From IMG/VR virus record IMGVR_UViG_3300042386_001406, positions 12,525 to 76,524 of that record: 64,000 nucleotides of DNA; one strand, 5' to 3'. Positions 39,685 to 50,178 of this stretch are shown one piece after another (the first letter of the stretch is position 1; every line of letters starts with the position of its first letter). The stretch comes from a virus. Under the pieces are notes generated by a model. It was not told the DNA's origin, did not search any database, and saw only the letters and a list, made by a program, of their open reading frames with translations. The translations under genes were made by a program, and so were the position numbers.

Positions 39685-40398
39685 ATGGGAATATCAGCTG
39701 GACCAGATATAATACAAGATGGATTAGTACTAAATCTAGATGCTAGTGATAAGAATTCTTATCCTGGGTCAGGTACTACTTGGTTTGATATATCTCAAGG
39801 ATTAGTATTTAATTCTTATGGAACTACAACTTCTTGGGATATTGTTGGAGGAAGTAGAGCATTTACATTTAATGGCTCAGGTTATTGGGAATGTGGCTCA
39901 GGATTCAGTAATGTTAATTTAGGAGGTGATTGTACAATAATATTATGGTTATATGAAGTAGGGCATAGTGTTAGAAAAACTATTTTTGAAAAAGCAGGAA
40001 CAACATATGCCTCTTATCAACAAGAGGTAGCTATGACTTGGGAAGTAGGACAAGATATATCTTGGTATAGTAGAGCTATACCAGATTATGACTATGCTAG
40101 TACTAATGCGTGCACAACTAATGCTTGGAATATGATGGCTATTAAAATGTCTACAGGATTAACTTCTACATCTAGAACAGGATTTTATAGTAAAAATGGA
40201 GGACCTTTTATATCAACTTATACTTCACGTAGTAATACAGCATTAATACCTGCTGGCGCTATAAGAGTAGGGACAGGATATGCTGGAACTGTAGATAATG
40301 GGAGTATATCTAGTGTATTATGTTATAATAGAATGTTAAGTGATACTGAAATTTCCCAAAACTACAACGCTCAAAAATCCCGCTTCGGCCTCAAATAA
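39685..40398 (+). CDS. LamG-like lectin domain protein
   Basis: DGLVLNLDASDKNSYPGSGTTW; YNRMLS..EISQNYNAQKSRFGL. Confidence 0.75.
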   Translation: MGISAGPDIIQDGLVLNLDASDKNSYPGSGTTWFDISQGLVFNSYGTTTSWDIVGGSRAFTFNGSGYWECGSGFSNVNLGGDCTIILWLYEVGHSVRKTIFEKAGTTYASYQQEVAMTWEVGQDISWYSRAIPDYDYASTNACTTNAWNMMAIKMSTGLTSTSRTGFYSKNGGPFISTYTSRSNTALIPAGAIRVGTGYAGTVDNGSISSVLCYNRMLSDTEISQNYNAQKSRFGLK

Positions 40399-40416
40399 TC
40401 AAATAGTTATACCCGT

Positions 40417-41121
40417 ATGGCAACACAATTCGCAAATGGTAAAATAGTAACAGACGGTTTAGTATTAAATCTAAACGCAGCTGATAGAAATTCATATCCT
40501 GGATCAGGTACGACGTGGACTGATATGAGTAGTGGAGGCTACAATGGTACCCTGACTAACGGGCCTATGTATTCAACCGGAGACGGCGGTAGTATTGTTT
40601 TCGACGGAAGTGATGATTACGTTCAAGTAACATCCCCGTTTGGAAACGTAGATTGGTCTTCAAGAGCATGGTCTTTTAGTGCTTTTATGAAGTTAGACGT
40701 TTTAGGAGATAGATGTTTAGTAAATTTAAATTCTGCAAACAGTAGTGATTATGTTGTAACAAACGTGTTTTACACAGACGGAAAGAGCTATTGGTATTTT
40801 ATAAAAAACTCAACTGCAGTACAGACAAACTTTGTCCAAACGACTAGTAATTTTTCAACTGGTCAAATTTTTCATTTCGTAATGACCTATAACGGAAATG
40901 GTCTATCTACAGGAAATATATTTTTCTATAAAAATGGAGTTCAACTAACAACAACAAACGGAGGTAGTGCAGGATTAGCAAATCAAACCGGATTACAAAT
41001 AGGCGGAAATTATTTTCTTGATGGAAACGTCTACAACTTTATCATGTACAATAGAGCACTCTCAGCCTCAGAAGTACTACAAAATTTTAACGCCCAAAAA
41101 TCACGCTTCGGATTAATATAA
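40417..41121 (+). CDS. LamG-like lectin domain protein
   Basis: DGLVLNLNAADRNSYPGSGTTW; YNRALSASEVLQNFNAQKSRFGL. Confidence 0.75.
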   Translation: MATQFANGKIVTDGLVLNLNAADRNSYPGSGTTWTDMSSGGYNGTLTNGPMYSTGDGGSIVFDGSDDYVQVTSPFGNVDWSSRAWSFSAFMKLDVLGDRCLVNLNSANSSDYVVTNVFYTDGKSYWYFIKNSTAVQTNFVQTTSNFSTGQIFHFVMTYNGNGLSTGNIFFYKNGVQLTTTNGGSAGLANQTGLQIGGNYFLDGNVYNFIMYNRALSASEVLQNFNAQKSRFGLI

Positions 41122-41128
41122 TAAAAAT

Positions 41129-41407
41129 ATGGAAACACAATTACAAGAGTATGACAACAGAGAATTCATGATATTTAATGTATCTGAATTACCACAAATT
41201 GATTTTACCCAAGTATTAGAAACATCAGCTGATACTGTTAGAAAATCAGTTGATGAAACAAAAACATTTGTTAAATGGGATGGCACTATACCTCAATGTG
41301 TAGCTGATTTAACTACTAAGGAAGGACCATATAATTATGATGAAATTTTAGCAATTCTTGCTACACCAGAATGGTCAAATCCTGATACAGGTAGCATGAA
41401 ACCTTAA
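41129..41407 (+). CDS. Small virion-associated protein, paralogue of 38608
   Basis: IDFTQVLETSADTVRKSVD.TKTFVKW..LATPEW. Confidence 0.65.
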   Translation: METQLQEYDNREFMIFNVSELPQIDFTQVLETSADTVRKSVDETKTFVKWDGTIPQCVADLTTKEGPYNYDEILAILATPEWSNPDTGSMKP

Positions 41408-41458
41408 TATTTATACCAAACCCGTATCTCAGGGACAGTGAACTGAGGTAATATAAGT

Positions 41459-44400
41459 ATGGCTAATGAATTTGTTGCTCGCAATGGTATCATTGCGTTG
41501 AATGACTCTCAAATAACCGGATCGTTAAGTGTTGGCAGTAATGTTACTGCCTCTAATGCGCTTATCACAGGTACAATAACTGCCCAAACTTTATTAGTAC
41601 AGAATATTACCTCATCTAGAGATTATGTGACGGGTTCTACTGTATTTGGATCATCACTTTCTAACACACACCAATTTACAGGTTCTGTTTCAATAACAGG
41701 AAGTTTAACTATACCTTCTATTCCACAAGGTACTACTGAAACTAATATATTAGTAATAGATGGTGATGGTGGATTTAAATATAGAAATAATTTAAGTTTA
41801 CAAGGTGCCCAAGGTGCCACTGGACCTCAAGGTGCCCAAGGTGCTGTTGGACCACAGGGAGCTCAAGGAGCCCAAGGTGCTGTTGGTCCACAGGGTATTC
41901 AAGGTATACAAGGAGCCCAAGGTGCAGTTGGGCCTCAAGGTATTCAAGGTATACAAGGAGCCCAAGGGGCTACTGGACCGCAGGGAGCACAAGGCGCTCA
42001 AGGCGCTCAAGGTGCAACAGGACCTCAAGGAGCCCAAGGCGCCCAAGGAGCTACAGGACCCCAAGGTATACAAGGTATACAAGGTATACAAGGCGCACAG
42101 GGTGCAACTGGACCTCAAGGTGCCCAAGGCGCTCAAGGTGCTCAAGGAGCTACAGGCCCACAAGGAGCTCAAGGAGCTACAGGACCCCAAGGTATACAAG
42201 GTATTCAAGGTATTCAAGGTATTCAAGGCGCACAGGGTGCAACTGGACCTCAAGGTGCCCAAGGCGCACAAGGTACACAAGGCGCAACAGGACCTCAAGG
42301 TATTCAAGGTATTCAAGGTATTCAAGGTATTCAAGGCGCCCAAGGTGCTACAGGTCCTCAGGGTGCCCAAGGCGCTCAAGGAGCTCAAGGAGCTACAGGT
42401 CCACAAGGAATCCAAGGTGTACAAGGAGCTCAAGGAGCTACAGGTCCACAAGGAATCCAAGGTGTACAAGGAGCTCAAGGTGCTACAGGACCTCAAGGTA
42501 TTCAAGGTATTCAAGGTGCCCAAGGTGCTACAGGCCCTCAGGGTGCCCAAGGCGCCCAAGGTGCTCAAGGTGCAATTGGACCACAAGGCGCCCAAGGTGC
42601 AACTGGACCAAACGCTGGAATTACTTCATATACAAATCCAGGTGATAATCGTGTTATCACTTCAGTTAACTCATCTACTATTAATGGTGAGGCTAACTTA
42701 TTATTTGATGGTTCAACCTTAAGAATAACAGGATCTTTAATACAATCTGGATCAACAGGTGCTTCATTATATGGAAGTGGTTCAGGTGTATTTACAGTAG
42801 ATGGTACTGTAGGTAGATTATTCCAAGTAGATGATTCACTTACAGGATCATTATTCTCAGTTAATACAGCTGGTGGTTTACCTGTAATAGAAGCCTTCTC
42901 AGACAATACAGTTAAAATTGGTAAATATGGATCTGAAGCGATTGTAATATCTGGTAGTAATAATACAACCCAAATCAGTGGTTCAATTAAATTACCTTCA
43001 TTAGGTTCAACTTCAGACACAACTGTAGTAACATTTAATACTACAACTAAAACAATAGGATATAATACAGTAGCAGGACCTCAGGGAGCCCAAGGCGCAA
43101 CTGGACCTCAAGGCGCCCAAGGTGCTACAGGTCCTCAGGGTGCCCAAGGCGCTCAAGGTGCTCAAGGCGCAACAGGACCTCAAGGTATTCAAGGTATTCA
43201 AGGTGCCCAAGGCGCCCAAGGCGCAACAGGTCCACAAGGTGCTCAAGGTGCCCAAGGCGCTCAGGGCGCGACTGGACCTCAAGGCGCTCAAGGAGCCCAA
43301 GGAGCCCAAGGTGCTCAAGGAGCAACTGGGCCTCAAGGTGCACAAGGCGCTCAGGGAGCCCAAGGCGCGACTGGACCTCAAGGCGCTCAAGGTAACCAAG
43401 GCGCTCAGGGAGCCCAAGGTGCACAAGGTATTCAAGGTATTCAAGGTATTCAAGGAGCTCAAGGTTCACAAGGTGCCCAAGGTTCTCAAGGTGCACAAGG
43501 TGCAACTGGGCCTCAAGGAGCTCAAGGTGCTACTGGTCCAAATGCAGGTATAACTTCATATACAAATCCAGGCGATAATAGAGTATTAACTTCAGTTAAC
43601 TCATCTACTATCAATGCTGAGACAAATTTAACATTTGATGGATCTACATTAACTGTATCTGGAAGTACAGCAAATAAAGTATCAGTTATAGGTTCAGGTA
43701 GTGGTGTAAATACAACTCTATTCTCAGTAGATGGAGCTAATGGTAGATTATTTGAAGTATCAGATGATTTATCTAACTCACTATTTTCAGTTAATACTAT
43801 TGCAGGTATTCCTGTAATTGAAGCATTCGCTGATAATACAGTTAAATTAGGTAAGTTTGGAGCTGAAGCTATTGTAATATCAGGAAGTAACAATACAACT
43901 CAGATTAGTGGTTCTATTAAATTACCGAGTTTAGGATCTACATCTGATACTACAGTTGTTACTTTTAATACAACAACAAAAACTATAGGATATAATACAG
44001 TAGCAGGTCCTCAAGGTGCACAGGGTGCTCAAGGTGCACAGGGTGCTCAAGGTGCTCAAGGTGCTCAAGGTATTCAAGGTATTCAAGGCTCTCAAGGAGC
44101 CCAAGGCTCTCAAGGTGCCCAAGGAGCCCAAGGTGCAACAGGCCCTCAAGGTGCCCAAGGTGCTCAAGGATCTCAAGGTGCACAAGGCGCCCAAGGCGCT
44201 CAAGGCGCGACAGGCCCTCAAGGTGCCCAAGGTGCTCAAGGATCTCAAGGTGCACAAGGCGCACAAGGAGCCCAAGGCGCGACAGGCCCACAAGGTGCTC
44301 AGGGTAGCCAAGGCGCTCAAGGAGCACAGGGTGCCCAGGGAGCATCTGGCGCCACTATCTTAGGTAGTGCTAATACATGGACTGGTGCTAACTATTTCCA

Positions 44401-45418
44401 AAGCAATCTTGGTGGATATGCTGGTGTTTTAAGTAGTCCTCCTCTTCAAGCATATTCAACATCTAACAACTCAGCATTTATGTCTTTTCATAAAGGAGGA
44501 GTATATGCTGTTAATATGGGATTAGATGCTGATGATGTTTTAAGAATTGGTGGATGGAGTGCTTCAGCTAATAGATGGCAACTTGACATGAGCGGTAATA
44601 ATACTGTTGCTAGTTCTTTCAGAGCCCCAATATTCTATGATTCGGATAATACAGGATATTATTTAAATCCAGCTAGTACATCTAATATAAATCAAACCCA
44701 GTTAGACTATAATATGGCTACTGGTGTTGGTAATAATAGTTTTAATGTATCTAAATCTTTACTAGGTAGTATTCATATAGTAAATGGAGCTGGTCCTTCA
44801 TCTGGTGATGGAAGACAAGCAGGTATTACTTTTATGGGAAGTTCAGCTTCAGAAGCTCAAGCTGGTATATATGTTGGTAATAATAACAGTGCTGGTACTT
44901 ACATGGGATTTGCTACAACAGATTCTTATGCTACTGGTCCTCAATTATTCATGTCAGCTTATAATGGTGGATATGTTTACTTTCATAGATCATATGTTGA
45001 AGCTGCGGGTTCATTCCGTGCTCCAATATTCTATGATTCAGCTAATACAGCATATTACTTTGATGGTTCAGCTACAGGTGACTCAATTCGTGTAGCTGGT
45101 GATGTAGTAGCTTATTACTCAGATGAACGTTTAAAAGATATTAAATGTAATATATCAGATGCTTTATCTAAAGTAATGACTTTAAATGGTTTCTATTATG
45201 AACCAAATAAAATAGCTCAGTCATTTGGATATGAGAAAAAATTACAAATAGGTTTATCAGCCCAACAAGTAGAAACTGTTTTACCTGAAGTTATTAAAGA
45301 TGCTCCTATAGGAAATGGATATAAAACATTAGATTATTCTAAATTAGTACCATTACTTATTGAAGCCATCAAAGAACAACAAAAACAAATTGATGAGTTA
45401 AAAACTAAATTAAAATAA
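41459..45418 (+). CDS. Collagen-like tail fibre with C-terminal peptidase S74 chaperone
   Basis: Three Gly-X-Y tracts; [36 protein letters not shown]. Confidence 0.88.
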   Translation: MANEFVARNGIIALNDSQITGSLSVGSNVTASNALITGTITAQTLLVQNITSSRDYVTGSTVFGSSLSNTHQFTGSVSITGSLTIPSIPQGTTETNILVIDGDGGFKYRNNLSLQGAQGATGPQGAQGAVGPQGAQGAQGAVGPQGIQGIQGAQGAVGPQGIQGIQGAQGATGPQGAQGAQGAQGATGPQGAQGAQGATGPQGIQGIQGIQGAQGATGPQGAQGAQGAQGATGPQGAQGATGPQGIQGIQGIQGIQGAQGATGPQGAQGAQGTQGATGPQGIQGIQGIQGIQGAQGATGPQGAQGAQGAQGATGPQGIQGVQGAQGATGPQGIQGVQGAQGATGPQGIQGIQGAQGATGPQGAQGAQGAQGAIGPQGAQGATGPNAGITSYTNPGDNRVITSVNSSTINGEANLLFDGSTLRITGSLIQSGSTGASLYGSGSGVFTVDGTVGRLFQVDDSLTGSLFSVNTAGGLPVIEAFSDNTVKIGKYGSEAIVISGSNNTTQISGSIKLPSLGSTSDTTVVTFNTTTKTIGYNTVAGPQGAQGATGPQGAQGATGPQGAQGAQGAQGATGPQGIQGIQGAQGAQGATGPQGAQGAQGAQGATGPQGAQGAQGAQGAQGATGPQGAQGAQGAQGATGPQGAQGNQGAQGAQGAQGIQGIQGIQGAQGSQGAQGSQGAQGATGPQGAQGATGPNAGITSYTNPGDNRVLTSVNSSTINAETNLTFDGSTLTVSGSTANKVSVIGSGSGVNTTLFSVDGANGRLFEVSDDLSNSLFSVNTIAGIPVIEAFADNTVKLGKFGAEAIVISGSNNTTQISGSIKLPSLGSTSDTTVVTFNTTTKTIGYNTVAGPQGAQGAQGAQGAQGAQGAQGIQGIQGSQGAQGSQGAQGAQGATGPQGAQGAQGSQGAQGAQGAQGATGPQGAQGAQGSQGAQGAQGAQGATGPQGAQGSQGAQGAQGAQGASGATILGSANTWTGANYFQSNLGGYAGVLSSPPLQAYSTSNNSAFMSFHKGGVYAVNMGLDADDVLRIGGWSASANRWQLDMSGNNTVASSFRAPIFYDSDNTGYYLNPASTSNINQTQLDYNMATGVGNNSFNVSKSLLGSIHIVNGAGPSSGDGRQAGITFMGSSASEAQAGIYVGNNNSAGTYMGFATTDSYATGPQLFMSAYNGGYVYFHRSYVEAAGSFRAPIFYDSANTAYYFDGSATGDSIRVAGDVVAYYSDERLKDIKCNISDALSKVMTLNGFYYEPNKIAQSFGYEKKLQIGLSAQQVETVLPEVIKDAPIGNGYKTLDYSKLVPLLIEAIKEQQKQIDELKTKLK
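41801..44350 (+). repeat. Collagen GXY tracts (~41801-42610, 43075-43540, 44006-44350) separated by a duplicated spacer domain
   Basis: GAQ/GPQ/GIQ/GAT/GSQ triplets with synonymous codon variation. Confidence 0.9.
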
Positions 45419-45425
45419 AGTTTTT

Positions 45426-46349
45426 ATGGCTTTACCAGCTAGTGGACAAATATCAATGAATAATATTAGAACTGAGTTAGGGATATCTACTCAATCACCT
45501 TTCTCTCTAGATACTGCTATAGATGGTGGATATGTTTATCTTAATGAATGTAGCGCTGCTAGACCAAACGCTGCTACCCCACAAACAATAAGTGAATGGT
45601 ATAGCTATAATCATAGCGCTGTTTGTACAAATAGAGGTAGTTTTAAATTTAGCAGCACTAGTTGTGCTGATGCTTGTACTGGACCTTTTACAACAACTCT
45701 TTATTCTTGTGGATTATCAATTGGAAATATTCTTAGATCAGGATTAATATCTCCAGGTAACTACTGTGGAGGTCCTGTTATTAATATTGTTGGATATTAT
45801 AGCAATGGAACAACATGTTATCAAGTTACTGATCAAACTATTGTAGCTATATCTTCTTGTCCTACTCCAACACCTACACCAACACCAACCCCTACTCCAA
45901 CACCAACACCTACTCCAACACCTACACCAACACCTACACCAACACCTTCATCAGGTGTTACTATTACAGTATATACTAAACAAAATACTAATGGTGTTGG
46001 AAATGGATATAGTGTTTATTATCGTCTAAACGGATGTAGTGGAAAGGGTGCATGGCAACAGTTATCTTGTGGTAGTTGCCCAACTAGTGATAGCTGCTCA
46101 GCTTGCTCTGGTACTATCTCAGCTAATTCAAACCAAGATATATCAATCGCTATACTAGATTGTAGTCTTGGAACAGGTATATCATTTAATGCTAGTGATA
46201 ATACAAGTACTTGTCCTTCAAACGCAGCTAACTATTGTGATAATGCTGACTGTACAGGTACACCATTCACATTTAATTCTGGTACATCAAATAAAAATAT
46301 AGCAATTAATGTTTATACAGGTAAACTTGGATATTTGTATTGCTTATAA
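45426..46349 (+). CDS. Cys-rich fibre-tip/adhesin-like protein with Pro-Thr linker
   Basis: MALPASGQIS..IRTELG N-terminus right after the S74 fibre; two Cys-rich halves. Confidence 0.55.
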   Translation: MALPASGQISMNNIRTELGISTQSPFSLDTAIDGGYVYLNECSAARPNAATPQTISEWYSYNHSAVCTNRGSFKFSSTSCADACTGPFTTTLYSCGLSIGNILRSGLISPGNYCGGPVINIVGYYSNGTTCYQVTDQTIVAISSCPTPTPTPTPTPTPTPTPTPTPTPTPTPTPSSGVTITVYTKQNTNGVGNGYSVYYRLNGCSGKGAWQQLSCGSCPTSDSCSACSGTISANSNQDISIAILDCSLGTGISFNASDNTSTCPSNAANYCDNADCTGTPFTFNSGTSNKNIAINVYTGKLGYLYCL

Positions 46350-46363
46350 TAAATTAATTAATT

Positions 46364-47206
46364 ATGCCATATAGTGAAGGTACAAAACAATATGTTGGAA
46401 GAAGTACAGTAACAAATTATTCAATACCAAGTCCAAATCCTTTTGCTGAAGGTAGTATATCAGTACCTAGAGTATTAAATTACACAAATGGTATAAGAAC
46501 TGTTCCTATAATGCATAGAGCATTTAGAAATTTAGAGATAAAATATGCTAATGCTTTAGTAGCCACAGCTTGTGAATATAGAGGTGTTAGTGCTGGTAGT
46601 TTAAGAGTTTTAGATATTGGATATGGATTAGGATATAGTACCCAAAGATTCTATGAATTAGGAGTTGGTACTTATCACTGTGTTGAATTAAATGAAAGTA
46701 TATGGAATGACGCTAATAGCCATGATTATGCTCAAGGCAGTGGTGCAGCAGTGGCTATCCCTGAAAGTTATCAGTTTTTTTGGACTAGTTTTGAACAATA
46801 CGCTGATGGCTATGAGGGGGGAAAAGGTGAGGAGGCACAATGGTATGATATAATATATTATAGTCCAAGTGATGATTTTGGTAATATGGGAATATTTAAT
46901 ATCCTTAGACGAGTAAGTAAACAAGGCACTATATTAGGTGTTCAAGGTATCCCTTTATTTGGTAGCGCGGTGAATATAGGTGACTTTGTTGTTCAAACAC
47001 CAAGTGGAGTAGCTCCAGATGCTGATGTTTATGATTCTTCTTTTACAGTTGGTATGTATAATGCTCTAAATAATATAGGATATTTTAGTGTATATTTTCA
47101 ATACTTAAATTGTGATGGAGGAGATGGATTCGGTCTTCCATTCCCTATTGAGGTTGGAAGTCCATGCGGTAATGGAACATGGATGTCTGATCAACCACGT
47201 TTATAA
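46364..47206 (+). CDS. Class I SAM-dependent methyltransferase
   Basis: VLDIGYGLGYS motif I, VELN acidic motif II, YDIIYY. Confidence 0.65.
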   Translation: MPYSEGTKQYVGRSTVTNYSIPSPNPFAEGSISVPRVLNYTNGIRTVPIMHRAFRNLEIKYANALVATACEYRGVSAGSLRVLDIGYGLGYSTQRFYELGVGTYHCVELNESIWNDANSHDYAQGSGAAVAIPESYQFFWTSFEQYADGYEGGKGEEAQWYDIIYYSPSDDFGNMGIFNILRRVSKQGTILGVQGIPLFGSAVNIGDFVVQTPSGVAPDADVYDSSFTVGMYNALNNIGYFSVYFQYLNCDGGDGFGLPFPIEVGSPCGNGTWMSDQPRL

Positions 47207-47215
47207 AAATTACAA

Positions 47216-47248
47216 TTTGGTTACCTTACAAATCTAATATATATTTAT
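47216..47248 (+). promoter_or_regulatory. TTTG-N20-TATATTTA(T) promoter
   Basis: Intergenic; exact 20-nt spacer. Confidence 0.6.
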
Positions 47249-47267
47249 ATATAACAATAAATAAATT

Positions 47268-47726
47268 ATGGGAAAAATCACATTAAAGTTACATGAAATT
47301 TATTCACTACATGGTGAATTAAACGGTTTAGTAAATAATCAAACTGGTGAAGTTGTTTCAAAAGGATTATTAGCTGAAAAACTTAAACTAAGTACCAAAT
47401 ACTATGTTACTGAATTAGCTAAAACCGTTGATAAAGAAAGAGAAATAGTTGATAAAGTAAAAGAAGAATTAATTAAAAAACATGGTGAAGTAGATGAAAA
47501 TGGAGGTGTTTTCATTTCACGATTTATCAACACTGTAAAAAATGAAGAAGGTAAGATCATATCAGGAGATATTAATCCTAAGATAATATCTTTTGAAAAA
47601 GAATTTAATGAGTTTCTTCAAGATGAAAAAACCATTGAATATAAAGAATTTAAACTATCTGATTTTGATGGTATTGAAACTGAAGGTATTTACACTACTT
47701 TTTTTAAACTTGTAAAACCTGAATAA
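47268..47726 (+). CDS. Hypothetical protein
   Basis: Clean ORF with its own promoter motif. Confidence 0.6.
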   Translation: MGKITLKLHEIYSLHGELNGLVNNQTGEVVSKGLLAEKLKLSTKYYVTELAKTVDKEREIVDKVKEELIKKHGEVDENGGVFISRFINTVKNEEGKIISGDINPKIISFEKEFNEFLQDEKTIEYKEFKLSDFDGIETEGIYTTFFKLVKPE

Positions 47727-47745
47727 TTTTTAAATATTTATTATT

Positions 47746-48096
47746 ATGAATATGACATATACTTTTAGTGTAACTTCATTAGACATTGCTCCAACTGGAA
47801 GTGATGACCATAATGATGTTGTAACTCGCGTACGTTACAACTATAATGGTGTTAGTGACACTGGATATAGTGGATCATTTGCTGGTGTAACACCAATGCC
47901 TACTCCATCTGGAAGTTTTATTCCATTTGAGGATTTAACTGAGGAAGAAGTTATTGATTGGTTAGAAGTTGTTACTACTGGTTCTCAACAACATATGCAA
48001 CAACAAATTCAAAAACAAATCAACAACCAAATAAATCCACAATATGTCCCAGCTCCATTACCATGGCCAACTGGTTCAGTATCTCCAACTCCTTAA
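47746..48096 (+). CDS. Small fibre-associated protein
   Basis: FIPFEDLTEEEVIDWL..PLPW pattern; five [S/T]GS motifs. Confidence 0.55.
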   Translation: MNMTYTFSVTSLDIAPTGSDDHNDVVTRVRYNYNGVSDTGYSGSFAGVTPMPTPSGSFIPFEDLTEEEVIDWLEVVTTGSQQHMQQQIQKQINNQINPQYVPAPLPWPTGSVSPTP

Positions 48097-48113
48097 TGTT
48101 AAAATAATAAGTT

Positions 48114-49022
48114 ATGGCTCATGAATCTAACAATGAAAATGTACTATGGTACATTGACTCAATTAATCCAAATGGGGCTACTTATGAAGTAGCTGGATGG
48201 ATTTCTCATAAAACATCAGAAATTATTAGTTTATCATTAGGTGATAAAGATATTAAATACAGTATTGTTTATCGCCCTGATGTGATAGCAGTTTATCCAT
48301 CTTTTAATACTTTTGGTTTTAAATTTACTGCAAATAAAGATGATATTAAAAAACCAATAAATGTTCATTTAAAAAATGAAATAATATATAATGTTGGTAA
48401 TTTAGAATCTCAAGTTATTTTAAAATCAGGTTTTACAAACTCTCCTAAAAGTTTAATTATTGTAGATAATTTTTATAATGATCCTGATATGATCAGAGAT
48501 TATATTATAAAAAATGTAAAATTTGATTTCTCAACATATCATACAGGTAGAAGAAGTTTAGATCGTTTTATATTAGAAGGAACAAAAGAAAAATTTGAAG
48601 AACTTTTAGGTAGACCTATACATAATTGGAATCATCCAACTTATGCAAATGGAAAATTCCAATATTGTACTTCACAAGACCGAGTTGTATATCATATAGA
48701 CACACAGAATTATGCGGCCATGGTGTATTTAACACCAGATGCCCCATTACAAACAGGTACTGCCTCTTATAGAAGTAAATTAACAGGAGCTACTCGTTTT
48801 GAAAATGGAGAGGAAGGAGAGTTATATCAAAAAACATTTAAAGGAGTTAGTAATGAACTAAACTTCTATGATAAATCAACTTGGGAAGAAGTAGATAGAA
48901 TAGCAAATGTATATAATCGTTTAGTTATGTTTGATGCTAAAAGGTTACACTCAGCAACAGAATATTTTGGTGATGCTCTAGAAAATGCTAGACTGTTCCA
49001 TTTATTCTTCTTCGATATTTGA
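48114..49022 (+). CDS. 2OG-Fe(II) oxygenase-like protein with extra N-terminal domain
   Basis: IIVDNFY.DP, YHID, AAMVYLTP, NRLVMFDA..LHSA, RLFHLFFFD. Confidence 0.7.
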   Translation: MAHESNNENVLWYIDSINPNGATYEVAGWISHKTSEIISLSLGDKDIKYSIVYRPDVIAVYPSFNTFGFKFTANKDDIKKPINVHLKNEIIYNVGNLESQVILKSGFTNSPKSLIIVDNFYNDPDMIRDYIIKNVKFDFSTYHTGRRSLDRFILEGTKEKFEELLGRPIHNWNHPTYANGKFQYCTSQDRVVYHIDTQNYAAMVYLTPDAPLQTGTASYRSKLTGATRFENGEEGELYQKTFKGVSNELNFYDKSTWEEVDRIANVYNRLVMFDAKRLHSATEYFGDALENARLFHLFFFDI

Positions 49023-49041
49023 TCGATACTTAAAAATTGTT

Positions 49042-50178
49042 ATGACAAATCCAACTATTTGTTTTGCAACTATTTGCAAAAATGAATCTCACATCATTAA
49101 AAGAACCTTAGAATCTGTATACAAGTATATAAGTTACTGGGTTATATGTGACACTGGCTCTACAGATAATACTAGAGAAATAATTACTGAGTTTTTTAAA
49201 GAAAAAAACATACCAGGAGAACTCCATATTGATGAGTTCAAAGATTTTGGTTATAATAAGAGCTTGTTAATGAAACGAGCTCAATATAAAGCAGATTATA
49301 TTTTACAAATTGACGCTGATGATCCTCTAATTGGTGAGTTTAAATTTACTCAACAAGATGTTGGTCATGATGTTTATTTAGCTAATGTAAAGAGAGGTAC
49401 AACTAATTATAAAGCATTTACTTTATTTAACGCTAAACGCTTATGGAAATTTTGTAGTGTAGCTCATACAGTTATTAAAACTATAGATAATCCTTATTTT
49501 ACAACAGGTGACTTAACCCATTATGATTTTTATGTTTCATCTGAAGATATAGGAGCCAGAAAAGCAGATCCAGAAAAATATCTTAAAGATGCTAAAAAAC
49601 TTAAAAAACAATTTTTTGACACCTTACTTGATGATCCAGATGATTTAAATCTTCGTTCTATTTTCTATACAGCGCAAAGTTATATGGACTATGGAATGCA
49701 TGAAGAAGCAATTAGATGGTATAGATTATATACTAAGATAAGAGGTAATTGGCTTGAAGAACATTTTGAAGCACAATTAAGAATAGCTAATTGTTATATT
49801 AGACTAGATGCTGGTTCTAATTTAATAGAACATGAAATGAAAAAAGCCATTGACATTTATCCAGATAGAGCAGAACCATATTTTATTTTAGGTAATTATT
49901 TTAATAATAAAAAACAATCAGAAAAGGCATATTATTATCTTAAACAAGCTCAATCTAAAGATGTAGAGTTAGTTAAACAAAAATACTTACTATTCATAAA
50001 TGAGTTTAACTATGGAAAGTATGTGAATGATGAATTATCAGTGGCTTGTTATTGGACAGATAGATATGATGAAGGAATAAAACTAATAGAAGAAATCATT
50101 GATGATCCTAAACACAATCATGATAACAAACGATTACTAGATAATTTGAATTTCTTAAAACAAAAAATTAATAAATGA
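49042..50178 (+). CDS. GT2 glycosyltransferase with TPR repeats
   Basis: ICKNE..I..L.S, ICDTGSTD.T, IDADD, then FY.AQSY..P.RAEP TPR helices. Start set at ATG 49042. Confidence 0.85.
   Translation: MTNPTICFATICKNESHIIKRTLESVYKYISYWVICDTGSTDNTREIITEFFKEKNIPGELHIDEFKDFGYNKSLLMKRAQYKADYILQIDADDPLIGEFKFTQQDVGHDVYLANVKRGTTNYKAFTLFNAKRLWKFCSVAHTVIKTIDNPYFTTGDLTHYDFYVSSEDIGARKADPEKYLKDAKKLKKQFFDTLLDDPDDLNLRSIFYTAQSYMDYGMHEEAIRWYRLYTKIRGNWLEEHFEAQLRIANCYIRLDAGSNLIEHEMKKAIDIYPDRAEPYFILGNYFNNKKQSEKAYYYLKQAQSKDVELVKQKYLLFINEFNYGKYVNDELSVACYWTDRYDEGIKLIEEIIDDPKHNHDNKRLLDNLNFLKQKINK

Noticed and set aside
41798-44363. Long alternative-frame and antisense ORFs over the collagen tracts
   Set aside because: Shadows of the GXY codon repeat, which lacks stops in other frames; low-complexity products.
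30908-45418. Diversity-generating retroelement or CRISPR array in the repeats
   Set aside because: Repeats are in-frame with mainly synonymous, not adenine-specific, differences; no reverse transcriptase, cas gene or repeat-spacer pattern in the window.
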